Part shown: piece by piece, positions 28,177 to 37,850 of the stretch
Layout: each line of letters starts with the position of its first letter
Position numbering within the stretch: the stretch's first letter is position 1
Program-made: the position numbers and the translations under genes
Notes under the pieces: model-generated
Seen by the model: the letters and a program-made list of their open reading frames with translations, nothing else
What the model was told of the DNA's origin: nothing
Databases searched by the model: none
Assembly: GCA_963740085.1 (NCBI GenBank)
Contig: CAVUCU010000001.1
Location: forward strand, 352,001-416,000
Origin: Nitrospirota bacterium
GTDB taxonomy: Bacteria; Nitrospirota; UBA9217
Reading direction: 5' to 3'
DNA: 64,000 bases

Positions 28177-28209
28177 ACTCGCAAGCTCCGAATTGCAGTA
28201 TCTATGATC

Positions 28210-28325
28210 TACCGCGGAGGCGCGGAGACGCGGAGAAATTCAAATTTAAAAATAATCACGATTCTCTCTGCGCGTTTGCCTAAGTGGCCGCTTTTCTTTT
28301 GAAGGCTACTGCGTCTCAGCGGTTA
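28210..28325. repeat. Miniature palindromic repeat carrying a 28-nt variant of the micro-insertion
   Basis: accgcggaggcgcggagacgcggag ... ctctgcg..[cctaagtggccgcttttcttttgaaggc]..ctgcgtctcagcggt. Confidence 0.7.
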
Positions 28326-28350
28326 AGTTCGACTTATTGCATGTCCCTCA

Positions 28351-29985
28351 TTATTGATGACTTGGCTGTTGTGATTTTAATATTTCCTCCAGAGAACTCC
28401 CCTGTTTCAGTTTCTCGACGGCCTGATCATAGAAATCGAGGATGCCCTTCATGAGCGCGAGCGTCTTCTCGGGAAGAGAGAAGGCATCATCGCTGTAGGC
28501 ATTCTGCTGGAGGAACTCGGTCCGGATCCGTTCGGCCGTCCGCATCAGCAGGCGATCGGTATCCTGGAGCCCCTCGGCGCCCACGATCTCGGCGACCTCG
28601 CGAAGTGATTCCTCCTCCTGCAGGATCTGCCTGCTTCGCTGGAGCAGCACCCCCCACTCCGGTGATATCTTGGTCCGATAGTGCTCCGCCACGTCACTTG
28701 CGTAAAGGGAATAACTCTGGAACCAGTTTATCGCAGGATAATGTCTCCGGTGCGCAAGCGCGGTATCGAGCATGAGAAAGGAACCGGTCGTCCTGAGACA
28801 GGCCTGCGTGACCGGCTCGGTAAAATCGCCGCCCGGAGGCGATACCGACAAGATCATGCTGAGCGAGCCTATTTTGCCGCTCAGTGTTTCGACCACGCCC
28901 GCGCGCTCGAGAAATCCGGACAGCCGCGAGGCAAGGTAGGTCGGATAACCCTCCTCACCAGGCATCTCCTCGAGAGACGCCGATATCTCCCGCAGGGCCT
29001 CAGCCCACCGCGACAGGCTGTCCGCGAGGAACAGTACGTGATAGCCCATATCCCGGTAGTACTCTGCCATGGTGACGGCGGTATAGATCGAGGCCTCCCG
29101 CGCCGCCACGGGCATGTTCGAAGTATTGACCACCAGGACCGTCCGTTCCCGCAGCGGCCGCTTGGTCCAGGGGTCGCGCAACTCCTCGAATTCGGCGATC
29201 ATGTCCGCCATCTCGTTCCCGCGCTCGCCGCACCCCACGTAGACCACGATGTCCACATCGGAAAACTTTGCGATAGACTGCTCGAGGATCGTCTTCCCGG
29301 TGCCGAACCCGCCCGGAAAGATCGCAGTACCCCCCCGCGCGAGCGGGAAAAGAAAATCAATGCTTCGTTGGCCGGTTATGAGCGGCTGGGCAGGCGCGAA
29401 TTTCTTCCGGTAGGGCCTCGCGGTCCTCACCGGCCATTCATGACAGCCGGGGATCTCCTTACCGTCTTCAAATTCGCCGAGCGGCTCGTTCAGGCTTATG
29501 TCGCCGTCAACAATGGAGGAGACCGTTCCTCCCGCCTCTGAGCCGCACAGGAGATAATGTTTGAAAGACCCCTCTTCAACGTAACCCATAATGGTCCCGA
29601 GGGACGGCACGTCGCCTTTCTTCAAGACGGGCGTGAACCTCCAGCGCTTCATATAATCCAGCGCATACATTTCCCTGCCGCCGGTGATAAAGGGCCCCAT
29701 GACTTCCCTGAGTCGCTCCAGGGGACGCTGAAGCCCGTCGAACATACCGCCCAGGAGGCCGGGGCCCAGGCGCACCGTGAGCGGCATGCCCACACCTTTT
29801 ACCGGTTCCCCCACTGCAAGCCCGCGGGTGTCCTCATAAACCTGGATCACGGCTTTTTCTCGCTCCAGTCGCACTACTTCTCCGGTAAGCATGACATGGC
29901 CCACATACACGCGCTCGTAGAGTTTGAGCCCTTTGAGGTCCACGCTCACGGTCGGTCCTGATATCCGCTGGATCTTTCCGTTCAT
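28351..29985 (-). CDS. atpA: V/A-type ATP synthase catalytic subunit A
   Basis: Walker A PGGFGTGKT, GCGERGNE, NTSNMPVAARE and SRWAEALRE. Confidence 0.96.
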   Translation of the reverse strand: MNGKIQRISGPTVSVDLKGLKLYERVYVGHVMLTGEVVRLEREKAVIQVYEDTRGLAVGEPVKGVGMPLTVRLGPGLLGGMFDGLQRPLERLREVMGPFITGGREMYALDYMKRWRFTPVLKKGDVPSLGTIMGYVEEGSFKHYLLCGSEAGGTVSSIVDGDISLNEPLGEFEDGKEIPGCHEWPVRTARPYRKKFAPAQPLITGQRSIDFLFPLARGGTAIFPGGFGTGKTILEQSIAKFSDVDIVVYVGCGERGNEMADMIAEFEELRDPWTKRPLRERTVLVVNTSNMPVAAREASIYTAVTMAEYYRDMGYHVLFLADSLSRWAEALREISASLEEMPGEEGYPTYLASRLSGFLERAGVVETLSGKIGSLSMILSVSPPGGDFTEPVTQACLRTTGSFLMLDTALAHRRHYPAINWFQSYSLYASDVAEHYRTKISPEWGVLLQRSRQILQEEESLREVAEIVGAEGLQDTDRLLMRTAERIRTEFLQQNAYSDDAFSLPEKTLALMKGILDFYDQAVEKLKQGSSLEEILKSQQPSHQ

Positions 29986-30302
29986 ATTTTTAATCTCACA
30001 TGATATCCGATCGCCCGCCTGATAAGCCGCGCAGCGTAGTCCTCAACCTCTGCCGGTGGTTTTTCGGGTGACGGGAGCACCAGCAGGATCCCCTGCCACC
30101 CCTGCTCGATCTCCCGGAGCCGCTCTTCAGGCATGCCCTGAAGCAGGCGTTCATCGATGATAATGAGCCCGGTGTCGGGCTCTGTCATGGTCTTTTTAAG
30201 TGTTTCTTCCGCGTCAACCGCTTTCACGGCATACTGGGGAACGCCGCTCAGGCTGAACCCGTACGACGCATCCGGCGGAGTTATGAAGGAGATCGTTTTC
30301 AT
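29982..30302 (-). CDS. atpF: V/A-type ATP synthase subunit F
   Basis: GFSLSGV, LIIIDERL and IRRAIG; operon position. Confidence 0.85.
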   Translation of the reverse strand: MKTISFITPPDASYGFSLSGVPQYAVKAVDAEETLKKTMTEPDTGLIIIDERLLQGMPEERLREIEQGWQGILLVLPSPEKPPAEVEDYAARLIRRAIGYHVRLKI

Positions 30303-30312
30303 AAGAAACACC

Positions 30313-30480
30313 TAACCCGGAACCGAAAGGGCATCTCTCGCAGAGCACGCGGAGGCCGCGGAGTTACGTCAAAACCTTTAAGTCTTGGTTTTAACCCAGA
30401 ATCTTTTTTAGCTTTTCTCTGCGAACTCTGCGCCTCTGCGAGAAATATTCTTTCCCTTTTGAGCAAAATTTAATTTATAA
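30313..30480. repeat. Dispersed MITE-like palindromic repeat (copy without the micro-insertion)
   Basis: taacccggaacc..tctctcgcagagcacgcggaggccgcggag ... ctctgcgaactctgcgcctctgcgaga. Confidence 0.7.
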
Positions 30481-30493
30481 TAAAAGAGTTACC

Positions 30494-31435
30494 TCACTGC
30501 ACCAGTTCAGCCGCCACCGCCTCCCGTTCAAGGTCTTTGGTATGATGCAGTATGCTCAGGTTCATCGCCTCGATCGAGCACCGCCACAGATAATCCAGAA
30601 TAGAAGCAATGCCGAAAGGGTCTCTTCCCTCTTTTCTCAGCCACCGCGTCATGCCGCGGTACAAGGCAAGCTCGATCGATGTCGGGTCCGGCCGTTCCAC
30701 GGCAACGCCGGTACATTCACGGACCAGCAGGGCCACTGCGGGGAGATCATCCTTCTTCACGATAGTGTTCAACCTCATTTCAGAGATCGTGCCACCGGCA
30801 ATGAACTCCGGCTTGACCTTGAATCCAAGCCGCAGGTATTTATACAGACCCAAGATATTCCGCGCATCGATGAGCCGGGAAAAGAACACCTTCAGAAGTT
30901 GATGGAGATCGGAGTCGATCACTACAGACAGATAGGTTCCGACAAGGCGCTGTTCAACAGCGCGCAGTCCGCCCGATTCCAGAGACTTGCCAAGCCCCGC
31001 AAATCGACCCGAGAGAGATGAGAAAAGACGTTCTATCCCGCTCACGGCGGCCGGAAGATCAGGGCTGAACAGGAGCACTTTTTTGACCTCATCAGAGAGA
31101 AGGCTCCTGTCAAGAAGCTCGTTGATCGGGCCGGTCTTCTGGTCAACGAGATGTCTGAGGCAAATCAGGATGGTCCTGAGTTCCGTGTACAGGAAAAAAG
31201 GAAAAAAGATATCCCGGAGCCCCTGGTTCATCTGCGAATGCACCCACTGGTATTCAGCCGTGAGATTTCTCCAGGCCGCGTCGGCTGTCCTGTCTGTCGG
31301 CGGCGGCTCGTACAGCGCGGGCTCGAAGAGAAGCGGCTTCCAATCCCTGATCAGCCGAGACCGTCTGCCCCTGATCCTCGACAACAGATACTCAGCGGGA
31401 TATCCGGGGTCAAGGCGTTTACTGAGTAGCTCCAT
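30494..31435 (-). CDS. atpC: V/A-type ATP synthase subunit C (d)
   Basis: YLLSRIRGRRS N-terminus, IDARNI and LDYLW..EAMNL; between subunits E and F. Confidence 0.8.
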   Translation of the reverse strand: MELLSKRLDPGYPAEYLLSRIRGRRSRLIRDWKPLLFEPALYEPPPTDRTADAAWRNLTAEYQWVHSQMNQGLRDIFFPFFLYTELRTILICLRHLVDQKTGPINELLDRSLLSDEVKKVLLFSPDLPAAVSGIERLFSSLSGRFAGLGKSLESGGLRAVEQRLVGTYLSVVIDSDLHQLLKVFFSRLIDARNILGLYKYLRLGFKVKPEFIAGGTISEMRLNTIVKKDDLPAVALLVRECTGVAVERPDPTSIELALYRGMTRWLRKEGRDPFGIASILDYLWRCSIEAMNLSILHHTKDLEREAVAAELVQ

Positions 31436-32000
31436 CGGATATCTCCTCGTAAGCATCACTGATCAACAGCGGCAGAAGGTCCGCCCATGCCAGTTCCAGC
31501 CTCTTCTCGAAGGTGTTGATGACTCTGATCCTTCCATCCGCAATCGCCGCATCCACACCTCCCGAGATCGTCTCCTCGGGCACGATCTCCGCACCGGGAA
31601 GAAGCTTTCGGGCAAGTTCGATGTCTGCAGGATGGACCCGCACCCGCTTCCACGGGAGGGCCGGAAGTTCCCGCACAAGTTTTTCAAAGATCGCCGGATA
31701 ACCGTCATGCCTCAACTGTGCAAGCGACGCATGGACGATCGAGAACAGCCGGTCAGAGAGCCTTTTTTCCGCGGCAAGTCTGACCGCCCGCACCCGGCTT
31801 CCTGCCTCCGCGCGGGCCCGTCGGGTTTCCTCGTTCTCGGCAGCGGCAAGCTCATCAGCATAGTGCCTGCTCAATTCCGCGAGCTGTTTGACAAGGGAAG
31901 CCTCTCTGGACTCCGCTTCCTGCTCAGCGTCCTTCCGGTGAAGCCGAATACTTTCTTCACCCGCTCTTCGGAGCGACTCGATAAGCTCCCGGGAGCCCAT
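31419..32000 (-). CDS. atpE: V/A-type ATP synthase subunit E
   Basis: Coiled-coil N-terminus and ISGGV...RVINTFEKRL. Confidence 0.85.
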   Translation of the reverse strand: MGSRELIESLRRAGEESIRLHRKDAEQEAESREASLVKQLAELSRHYADELAAAENEETRRARAEAGSRVRAVRLAAEKRLSDRLFSIVHASLAQLRHDGYPAIFEKLVRELPALPWKRVRVHPADIELARKLLPGAEIVPEETISGGVDAAIADGRIRVINTFEKRLELAWADLLPLLISDAYEEISDGATQ

Positions 32001-32001
32001 T

Positions 32002-32226
32002 TTATTTCACCGTGAAGAGGATCATGGTCGATACCACAAAACCGAGGATCACCATGGTCTCGGGAATGGCCACCAGGATCACGATGGTACCGGTAAGCTC
32101 CGGCTTTTCCGCAAGCGCCCCGGCCCCTGCTGCCCCGATCTTCGACTGAGCCCAGGCCGTGGCAAGGGCTGTGAGGCCGATGGCAAGCGCAGCGCACAAC
32201 GCAACGAGAACTTTTTCGAGATTCAT
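32002..32226 (-). CDS. atpK: V/A-type ATP synthase proteolipid subunit K (c), single hairpin
   Basis: AWAQSKIGAAGAGALAEKP and AIPETMVILG; SD AAGGAGG. Confidence 0.92.
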   Translation of the reverse strand: MNLEKVLVALCAALAIGLTALATAWAQSKIGAAGAGALAEKPELTGTIVILVAIPETMVILGFVVSTMILFTVK

Positions 32227-32259
32227 ATGCACCTCCTTGTATGTAATTGTTACTCTTTT

Positions 32260-32560
32260 ACCACAGAGTCACGGAGAAACATAAATTCCTGACCCGGATC
32301 AGCCGAAAGCATAAGGGCGTCTCTCGTAACCTGCTCTTGCGATAACGCGGGCACAGGCAGAGCTCGCGGAGGACGCGGAGTTAAATAAAAATCCTGAAGT
32401 CTTGGTTGTAACCCATTATTTTTTAAGCTTTTCTCCGCGAACTCTGAGGAAGTCCTAAGTGGCCGCTTTTCTTTCATAGGCCACCGCGAGAAAATATTTT
32501 CCCCATTTTGTTTTTGTATATTATTCATTTTCCTTCGTGACTCCGTTCCTCCGTGGTGAA
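32260..32560. repeat. Nested set of miniature palindromic repeats
   Basis: Outer ccacagagtcacggag/ctccgttcctccgtgg pair, inner MITE-like copy and two small internal hairpin insertions. Confidence 0.65.
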
Positions 32561-32565
32561 ATCCT

Positions 32566-34443
32566 TCATTTCTTGAGCGGCTCGAACTTCCTTCCTCCAT
32601 GCTCCATGAACTTGCTGAAGAACTCAACGTAATGGAGCCTGAGCGAGTGTATCGTCGGCGAGAACACGCCGAGAATGATATTGAGCACATGGATAAGGCC
32701 GGCCACAAAAATGCCGGTCACGATGTCGCCGGTCAGGCCGCCCAGATTGTTCGCGACAAAGGCGAGCAGCACCGACGTGAGCCCGATCGCCATGATACGG
32801 ACATAGGAAATGATGTTTCCAATGCTTTTTAAAAGCTCAAGCGGGGCCAGCAGTCCTCCGGTAAAGAACAGGAGCGGCGTCAAGAACAGGATGGCGATGA
32901 TGACCGGCCGTGAAAGATATGCGGGGAAGACCCCGAAGAAGGATGCGAGAACAACGATCAGGCCCAGGATCATGGCGATGCTCAGGAGCTTGTATGCCGC
33001 CTCTTTTTTTTTCTTCTTCTTGAAGCCCGTGATAACGCCGAAAACAAGTCCGAGGAGCACGTGGCCAACGCCCACGGCAAGGGCAAAGAAGATCATGGGG
33101 ACGATCGCGGTCCTGCGTTCAACGCAGAGCGGCTGCATATGGAAAAGCCGTTCAGGGACGTCGCCGAAGAATTCTCCGAACAGAACGCCGAAGAACATCG
33201 CGTACAGAGAAGCGACCATCAATATCCTGGCCCCATCCCTGACATATTTCTGACGTCTGAATTTCCTTATCAGGAAGAATGAAAGTGCAGCGAGAAACAG
33301 GCCATATCCCGCGTCACCGAGGATCATCCCGAAGAAGACCGGGAAAAAAATGCCAATGAACGGGGTCGGATCGTAGGAGGTATAGGCCGGCAGCGGCAGC
33401 ATGCTCGTGAAGATCTCGAAGGGCTTAAAGTAAGGAGGGTTTTTCAGGATGATCGGTACGTGGTCCAGGTCTTCTTCGCGAAGCTCCTTCTCCGCCAGTA
33501 CGACATCCCCGTGAAATGCCTCCGCCAGGTCCGCTCTTGCCTTCTTCACGTTCTGTGCAGCCATCCAGCCGTTGATGAAGAAACACATCCGCGTTTCAAA
33601 CGCCGCCGCCGTCGTGAACAGTACGGACAGGCGGTCATCGATCCATTCCCGCACGCTGCGGTAGATCGGCGTCCATTGCCGGGCAAATTGGGAAAGCCCG
33701 GCATTGATCCGCTCGAGCTCCGCGGAGACCTCCGCGATCCTCTTCTTGACGTAGCTCACTTTTTCCGTGAAACTGAGACCTGCAAACGAGGGGGGGAAGA
33801 TAAGCTCGGGCACCTGCTCATCGCTCAGGGTCTTTTTCACCTTGTCGGCAATGTTCTTTTCCACCGTAATAAGCCCCACAAGCGTACCATCCCCTGCTGT
33901 CTCGGTTACGAGTTCATATTTCCAGTCGGTGATGCGCGAGAGAGCTTCCTTGAGATGGTCCACCATGTCGGGCTCCCGTATGGTCAGGCCGATGAAATCA
34001 ATGTCCGGTGTTTCTTCAACCCTTTCGATGAGAGGCGCGAGAGTGCCCAGAAATACGGCATATCGCCCGAGTTCCTGTTGCTCTTTCTGAAGCAATTCCT
34101 TCCGCCCGATCTTGTCCGTGATCAGGACACGGTGCCGCTCGACGATCGCAGCCACGGAATCAATGACCGGCCGCGGATCGAGGTAACTGTTCCTGACTTG
34201 CAGCTTGGGAAGCTGAGACAACAACTCCCCGATCTTGGTACGGAGTTCCTCGAGAAACAGGCGTTCAAATACCGACTTTTCATCAAGCATAAACGAGCGA
34301 ATATCCTCCTCATGGCCTTCTTCGATAAAACCCACGGTTGCCGGTTCGATCTGAAATACACCAAGGTTGCGCAGGCAGGCAAGCACCTCCTGAAGCAGGT
34401 CTTTCGCCCCAACGATCTCGACCTTTGCCATGCGGACGATCAT
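32566..34443 (-). CDS. atpI: V/A-type ATP synthase subunit I (a)
   Basis: DPTPF, GDAGYG, SYVRIMAIG (essential Arg) and LRLHYVEFFSKF. Confidence 0.95.
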   Translation of the reverse strand: MIVRMAKVEIVGAKDLLQEVLACLRNLGVFQIEPATVGFIEEGHEEDIRSFMLDEKSVFERLFLEELRTKIGELLSQLPKLQVRNSYLDPRPVIDSVAAIVERHRVLITDKIGRKELLQKEQQELGRYAVFLGTLAPLIERVEETPDIDFIGLTIREPDMVDHLKEALSRITDWKYELVTETAGDGTLVGLITVEKNIADKVKKTLSDEQVPELIFPPSFAGLSFTEKVSYVKKRIAEVSAELERINAGLSQFARQWTPIYRSVREWIDDRLSVLFTTAAAFETRMCFFINGWMAAQNVKKARADLAEAFHGDVVLAEKELREEDLDHVPIILKNPPYFKPFEIFTSMLPLPAYTSYDPTPFIGIFFPVFFGMILGDAGYGLFLAALSFFLIRKFRRQKYVRDGARILMVASLYAMFFGVLFGEFFGDVPERLFHMQPLCVERRTAIVPMIFFALAVGVGHVLLGLVFGVITGFKKKKKKEAAYKLLSIAMILGLIVVLASFFGVFPAYLSRPVIIAILFLTPLLFFTGGLLAPLELLKSIGNIISYVRIMAIGLTSVLLAFVANNLGGLTGDIVTGIFVAGLIHVLNIILGVFSPTIHSLRLHYVEFFSKFMEHGGRKFEPLKK

Positions 34444-34760
34444 GAGACACCCGGCAGGATTGTATGAATATGGTGCGCCACAATTCGTGCCAACGTATCG
34501 GTTTCGAGACGCGCGATCCGGTCAGCCTGCTCTTCAGCCTGCTTCACCAAAGCATCGGCCCGGGTCGCCGCTTCCCGCGCCAACGTTTCCCGTGCCTGCC
34601 GGAATGAGGCCGCAAGCTCTTCCTCCTCTCTGGCCCGGCGTTCATCTATTTCCCGTCTGCGGGTCTCAATCCAGGCACGCGTCATCTCCTGCGCCTGCTC
34701 GAGAGATTGCTGGATCTCCTTTTCCACGCCGATGATTTCCCGCAGAATATTGTGTTCCAT
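34440..34760 (-). CDS. V/A-type ATP synthase peripheral stalk subunit G/H-like
   Basis: 106-aa coiled coil, first gene of the operon, 4-nt overlap with atpI. Confidence 0.75.
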   Translation of the reverse strand: MEHNILREIIGVEKEIQQSLEQAQEMTRAWIETRRREIDERRAREEEELAASFRQARETLAREAATRADALVKQAEEQADRIARLETDTLARIVAHHIHTILPGVS

Positions 34761-35008
34761 ATTTATATTCTATCAGATTAATTATATTTTCGAGCTTCTT
34801 CCAACTGTTTACAACATTTTGTTTATTTTACGTATTTTATTATAGGGAAAATAGAATATGCCGCTTCCCCGTCCATGCATGGCCTGTATCCTCCGGTGCG
34901 AGTTCTGTTTCACTGCTGAACATGTCCAGTACCGGCAGCATGCTATTTTTTTTATAGTTGTCTGGCAGGGCTCTCTTGTGATAGGCTATAAATATCGGGG
35001 GGGGGTTC

Positions 35009-35596
35009 ATGGTGACCTTTAATGGAGTAAACCATCTGGCCCTGGCCACGGGCAACATGGACGAAACCATCAGGTTTTGGAGGGATCTGCTTGGGATGCG
35101 GTTGATCGCCGGGCTCGGCAAGCCGGGCTACCGGCAGTACTTTTTTGAGATCTCCCGGCATGACATGATCACCTTCTTTGAATGGCCGGGGATCGAACCA
35201 GTTGTTGAAAAGGAGCATGGGAGACCGGTACGCGGGCCTTTCATCTTCGACCACGTCTCGATCGGCCTGGAGACCGAAGATGACCTTTGGCAGCTCAAGG
35301 ACCGGATTAACGCGGCCGGCATCTGGGTATCCGAGGTCATTGACCACGGCTTCATCCACTCGATCTATTCGTATGATCCGAACGGCATCCCCGTTGAGTT
35401 CAGCTACCATGTGACAGGAACAAATGTACGTGACCAACCGTTAATGGCGGACCGGGAGCCTACACCGGCCGCGCAGGAAGGATCGGAACCACAATTCGAA
35501 AAATGGCCGCGCGTTGACAAACCAACGCCAGTAAACGAGCGAAAGGTTTATCCCGGTGCGGGAAGCGAGCTGTTTCATGGAAAAAAGAAAACGTAA
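35009..35596 (+). CDS. VOC/glyoxalase family protein
   Basis: GVNHLAL, FDHVSI and SIYSYDPNGIPVEF. Confidence 0.85.
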   Translation: MVTFNGVNHLALATGNMDETIRFWRDLLGMRLIAGLGKPGYRQYFFEISRHDMITFFEWPGIEPVVEKEHGRPVRGPFIFDHVSIGLETEDDLWQLKDRINAAGIWVSEVIDHGFIHSIYSYDPNGIPVEFSYHVTGTNVRDQPLMADREPTPAAQEGSEPQFEKWPRVDKPTPVNERKVYPGAGSELFHGKKKT

Positions 35597-35658
35597 AAAG
35601 ATTTTAGCCGCAGAATACCCCTACTTCACAGACTTTGCAGACACTCGGAGCGGAAAAT

Positions 35659-36816
35659 ATGCTCGACGTCATTATTGCCGGCGCAGGACCTGCCGGTTCC
35701 ACCTGCGCCCGTGAATGCGCCCGGGAGGGGCTCAAGACCCTCCTCCTGGACAAGGACCCCTTCCCGAGATCAAAACCTTGCGGCGGCGCGGTCTCCCAAC
35801 ATGCCCTCTCCCTCCTTGACTTTACTCTGCCCGAGCACATTATCGAAAAAGAATGTTTTGGCGCACGGGTGCACTACGGCGGCAGAAGTATTGAAATGCA
35901 GAGTAAATACCGATATGCAGTACTCGTGAGCCGTGAACGTTTCGATTCTTTTCTTGCTGAAAAGGCCGTTGAGGGCAAGGCGCGGTTCGTGACGGGAGAA
36001 AAGGTCGTTGCCGTCCAGGAAGCAGGCGACGGCGTGACCGTCGTCAGCGAGAAGGCAACCTACCAGTCACGTTTCCTCATCGGGGCAGACGGTATTCACA
36101 GCCGTGTAGCTCTCGCACTGAGGCGGCCGCTTGGCAAGTCTGAGATGGCCCTTGCCCTGGTCTCGCGCGTCCCTGCGGACGACGACATGATAGACCGACG
36201 CCAAAACAGGACACTTGACATGCATTTCGGCATTGCACCTCAGGGATATGGATGGCTGTTCCCTCATCGGGGGTATTACTCGGTGGGCATGATGGGTCTT
36301 GCCTCAATGGTTGAGGACCCCAAAACAATGTTGTCCGATTACGCTCATGCCTTGGGCATGGACCTCTCTGCTGTACAGGGTCACTTTATTCCATTGGGCG
36401 GTACAAAAAGGAATGTTGCATCAAACAGGATCCTGCTGGTCGGCGACGCGGCCGGGTTTGCGGACCCTTTTCTCGGCGAAGGGATAGCGCATGCCGTCCT
36501 CTCCGGCCAGCTGGCCGCACGGGCGATCATTGACAGCATAAGGGACAAAAGAAGTCCCGCCTCGGCAGCAGCCCGCTATCGCCGGGAAAGCGAACAGCAC
36601 ATAAGAAAAAACCTGGTGGTAGCGCTCCGCATGACAAAGCTGCTTGACAGATATCCTGATCTCTTCCTTCGCATCTTCTTCGATCAACCAAGGGCACTGG
36701 AACGCTATCTGGACGTCGTAGGCGGCAGGATCGAGTACCGGTACTTTCAGCAATGGTTGCTCCTTCGAACGCCCTGGTATCTGCTATCAAGCTTTATCTC
36801 GAAGGCCGGGAAATGA
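35659..36816 (+). CDS. Geranylgeranyl reductase family FAD-dependent oxidoreductase
   Basis: GAGPAG, RSKPCGG, GADG, GYGWLFP and LVGDAAGFADPFLGEGI. Confidence 0.88.
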   Translation: MLDVIIAGAGPAGSTCARECAREGLKTLLLDKDPFPRSKPCGGAVSQHALSLLDFTLPEHIIEKECFGARVHYGGRSIEMQSKYRYAVLVSRERFDSFLAEKAVEGKARFVTGEKVVAVQEAGDGVTVVSEKATYQSRFLIGADGIHSRVALALRRPLGKSEMALALVSRVPADDDMIDRRQNRTLDMHFGIAPQGYGWLFPHRGYYSVGMMGLASMVEDPKTMLSDYAHALGMDLSAVQGHFIPLGGTKRNVASNRILLVGDAAGFADPFLGEGIAHAVLSGQLAARAIIDSIRDKRSPASAAARYRRESEQHIRKNLVVALRMTKLLDRYPDLFLRIFFDQPRALERYLDVVGGRIEYRYFQQWLLLRTPWYLLSSFISKAGK

Positions 36817-36889
36817 TATTCGTTTCAATTCAGGGGCCGTCATTGCGCGCGTTGCGATTTTGTGAGAGATAAGCCTGCCTTTCATCAGG

Positions 36890-37077
36890 TACGAATCAAA
36901 TTCTTCACTACAGGGGATAGATTTTCTCGCGGAGGCGCGGAGTTCGCGGAGAAAAACTCAACAATGTTCAAGATTAAAAACAAGACTGATTCATTATGAT
37001 TTATTACAAGATCATCAAGGCTGAGGTTTTAGTTTAACTCCGCGTTCTGCGTACTCTGCGAGAGAGACGCCCTTTTT
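36890..37077. repeat. Dispersed MITE-like palindromic repeat
   Basis: tacgaatcaaattctt..tctcgcggaggcgcggagttcgcggag ... ctccgcgttctgcgtactctgcgaga..cgcctttt. Confidence 0.7.
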
Positions 37078-37095
37078 AGTTCTGACTTGACCGGG

Positions 37096-37434
37096 TCAGG
37101 ACTTGGCGTTTTCTTGTATCTCAAACAACGGCTCGTGGATCGACTCTCCCTTGCAAAGCGGGCACTTGCCGGGCTTCTTCAGCCACTCCCGCTTTGAAAA
37201 CTCAAATCAGCACTTCTTACATTCCGCAGGAGTGACAACCAGATGCCTCCCCGATGGTGTACTCGATTTCCTGATATGCTCAAGATGACCGTAGACCTCC
37301 TTTTCGGAGATCCTGACAGCCGCTGACAGCTCCCTGGCGGACCGTGGCCCCTCTCACAGCGCAGACACGATCTCGTGACGGATCGCATCATGCATCTTCA
37401 CAGGAACAAATGGTTCTTTCGGTTTCTCTTTCAT
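37096..37434 (-). pseudogene. HTH + Zn-ribbon transcriptional regulator (COG3357-like) with two in-frame TGA codons
   Basis: Manual translation: MKEKPKEP...SAL*EGPRSARELSAAVRISEKEVYGHLEHIRKS...PAECKKC*FEF...KPGKCPLCKGESIHEPLF. TGA at 37356-37354 and 37209-37207. Confidence 0.8.
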
Positions 37435-37616
37435 CGATGCCCCTGGATAACATTATCTGGATAACATTATATCGTAAAATCGAATACGTAATCCTGTCTT
37501 TTACCCATTGTTCAAAATCGTGCTATATTTGTATAATTAACGTTTGTCCTCTCCCCCGAACCTTCTTTCATGTCCCCCATCCTTGACAGAGCCCTGTTCT
37601 TTGCTACAATTGAACT

Positions 37617-37847
37617 ATGATACGCTTTTTTGCCGTTTCCGGAGAGAACTGCCGCGATTGTCACGGTCAGAAAGGCGCGCGAGGATTCATAGACCCGAAG
37701 GCCTTTTCAGAATCAGTGCACGGCGTTTTCGAATGCACCAAATGTCACGTCAGCATCGCCTCATACGCGCACGGCAAGGTCGCGAAGTTGAACTGCGGCA
37801 TCTGCCACTTCCTGCATGCAGTTGGTGCGGTTTCTTTAACGGGGTAA
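37617..37847 (+). CDS. Small protein with three CxxCH motifs (cytochrome c3-like, possibly a fragment)
   Basis: CRDCH, CTKCH, CGICH and SVHG; no signal peptide; TTGACA-N16-TACAAT promoter 6 nt before the ATG. Confidence 0.6.
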   Translation: MIRFFAVSGENCRDCHGQKGARGFIDPKAFSESVHGVFECTKCHVSIASYAHGKVAKLNCGICHFLHAVGAVSLTG

Positions 37848-37850
37848 ATC

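Noticed and set aside
37096-37434. Selenocysteine or alternative-genetic-code reading of the two TGA codons
   Set aside because: The TGAs are not at Cys-equivalent positions, and many intact genes here end in TGA.
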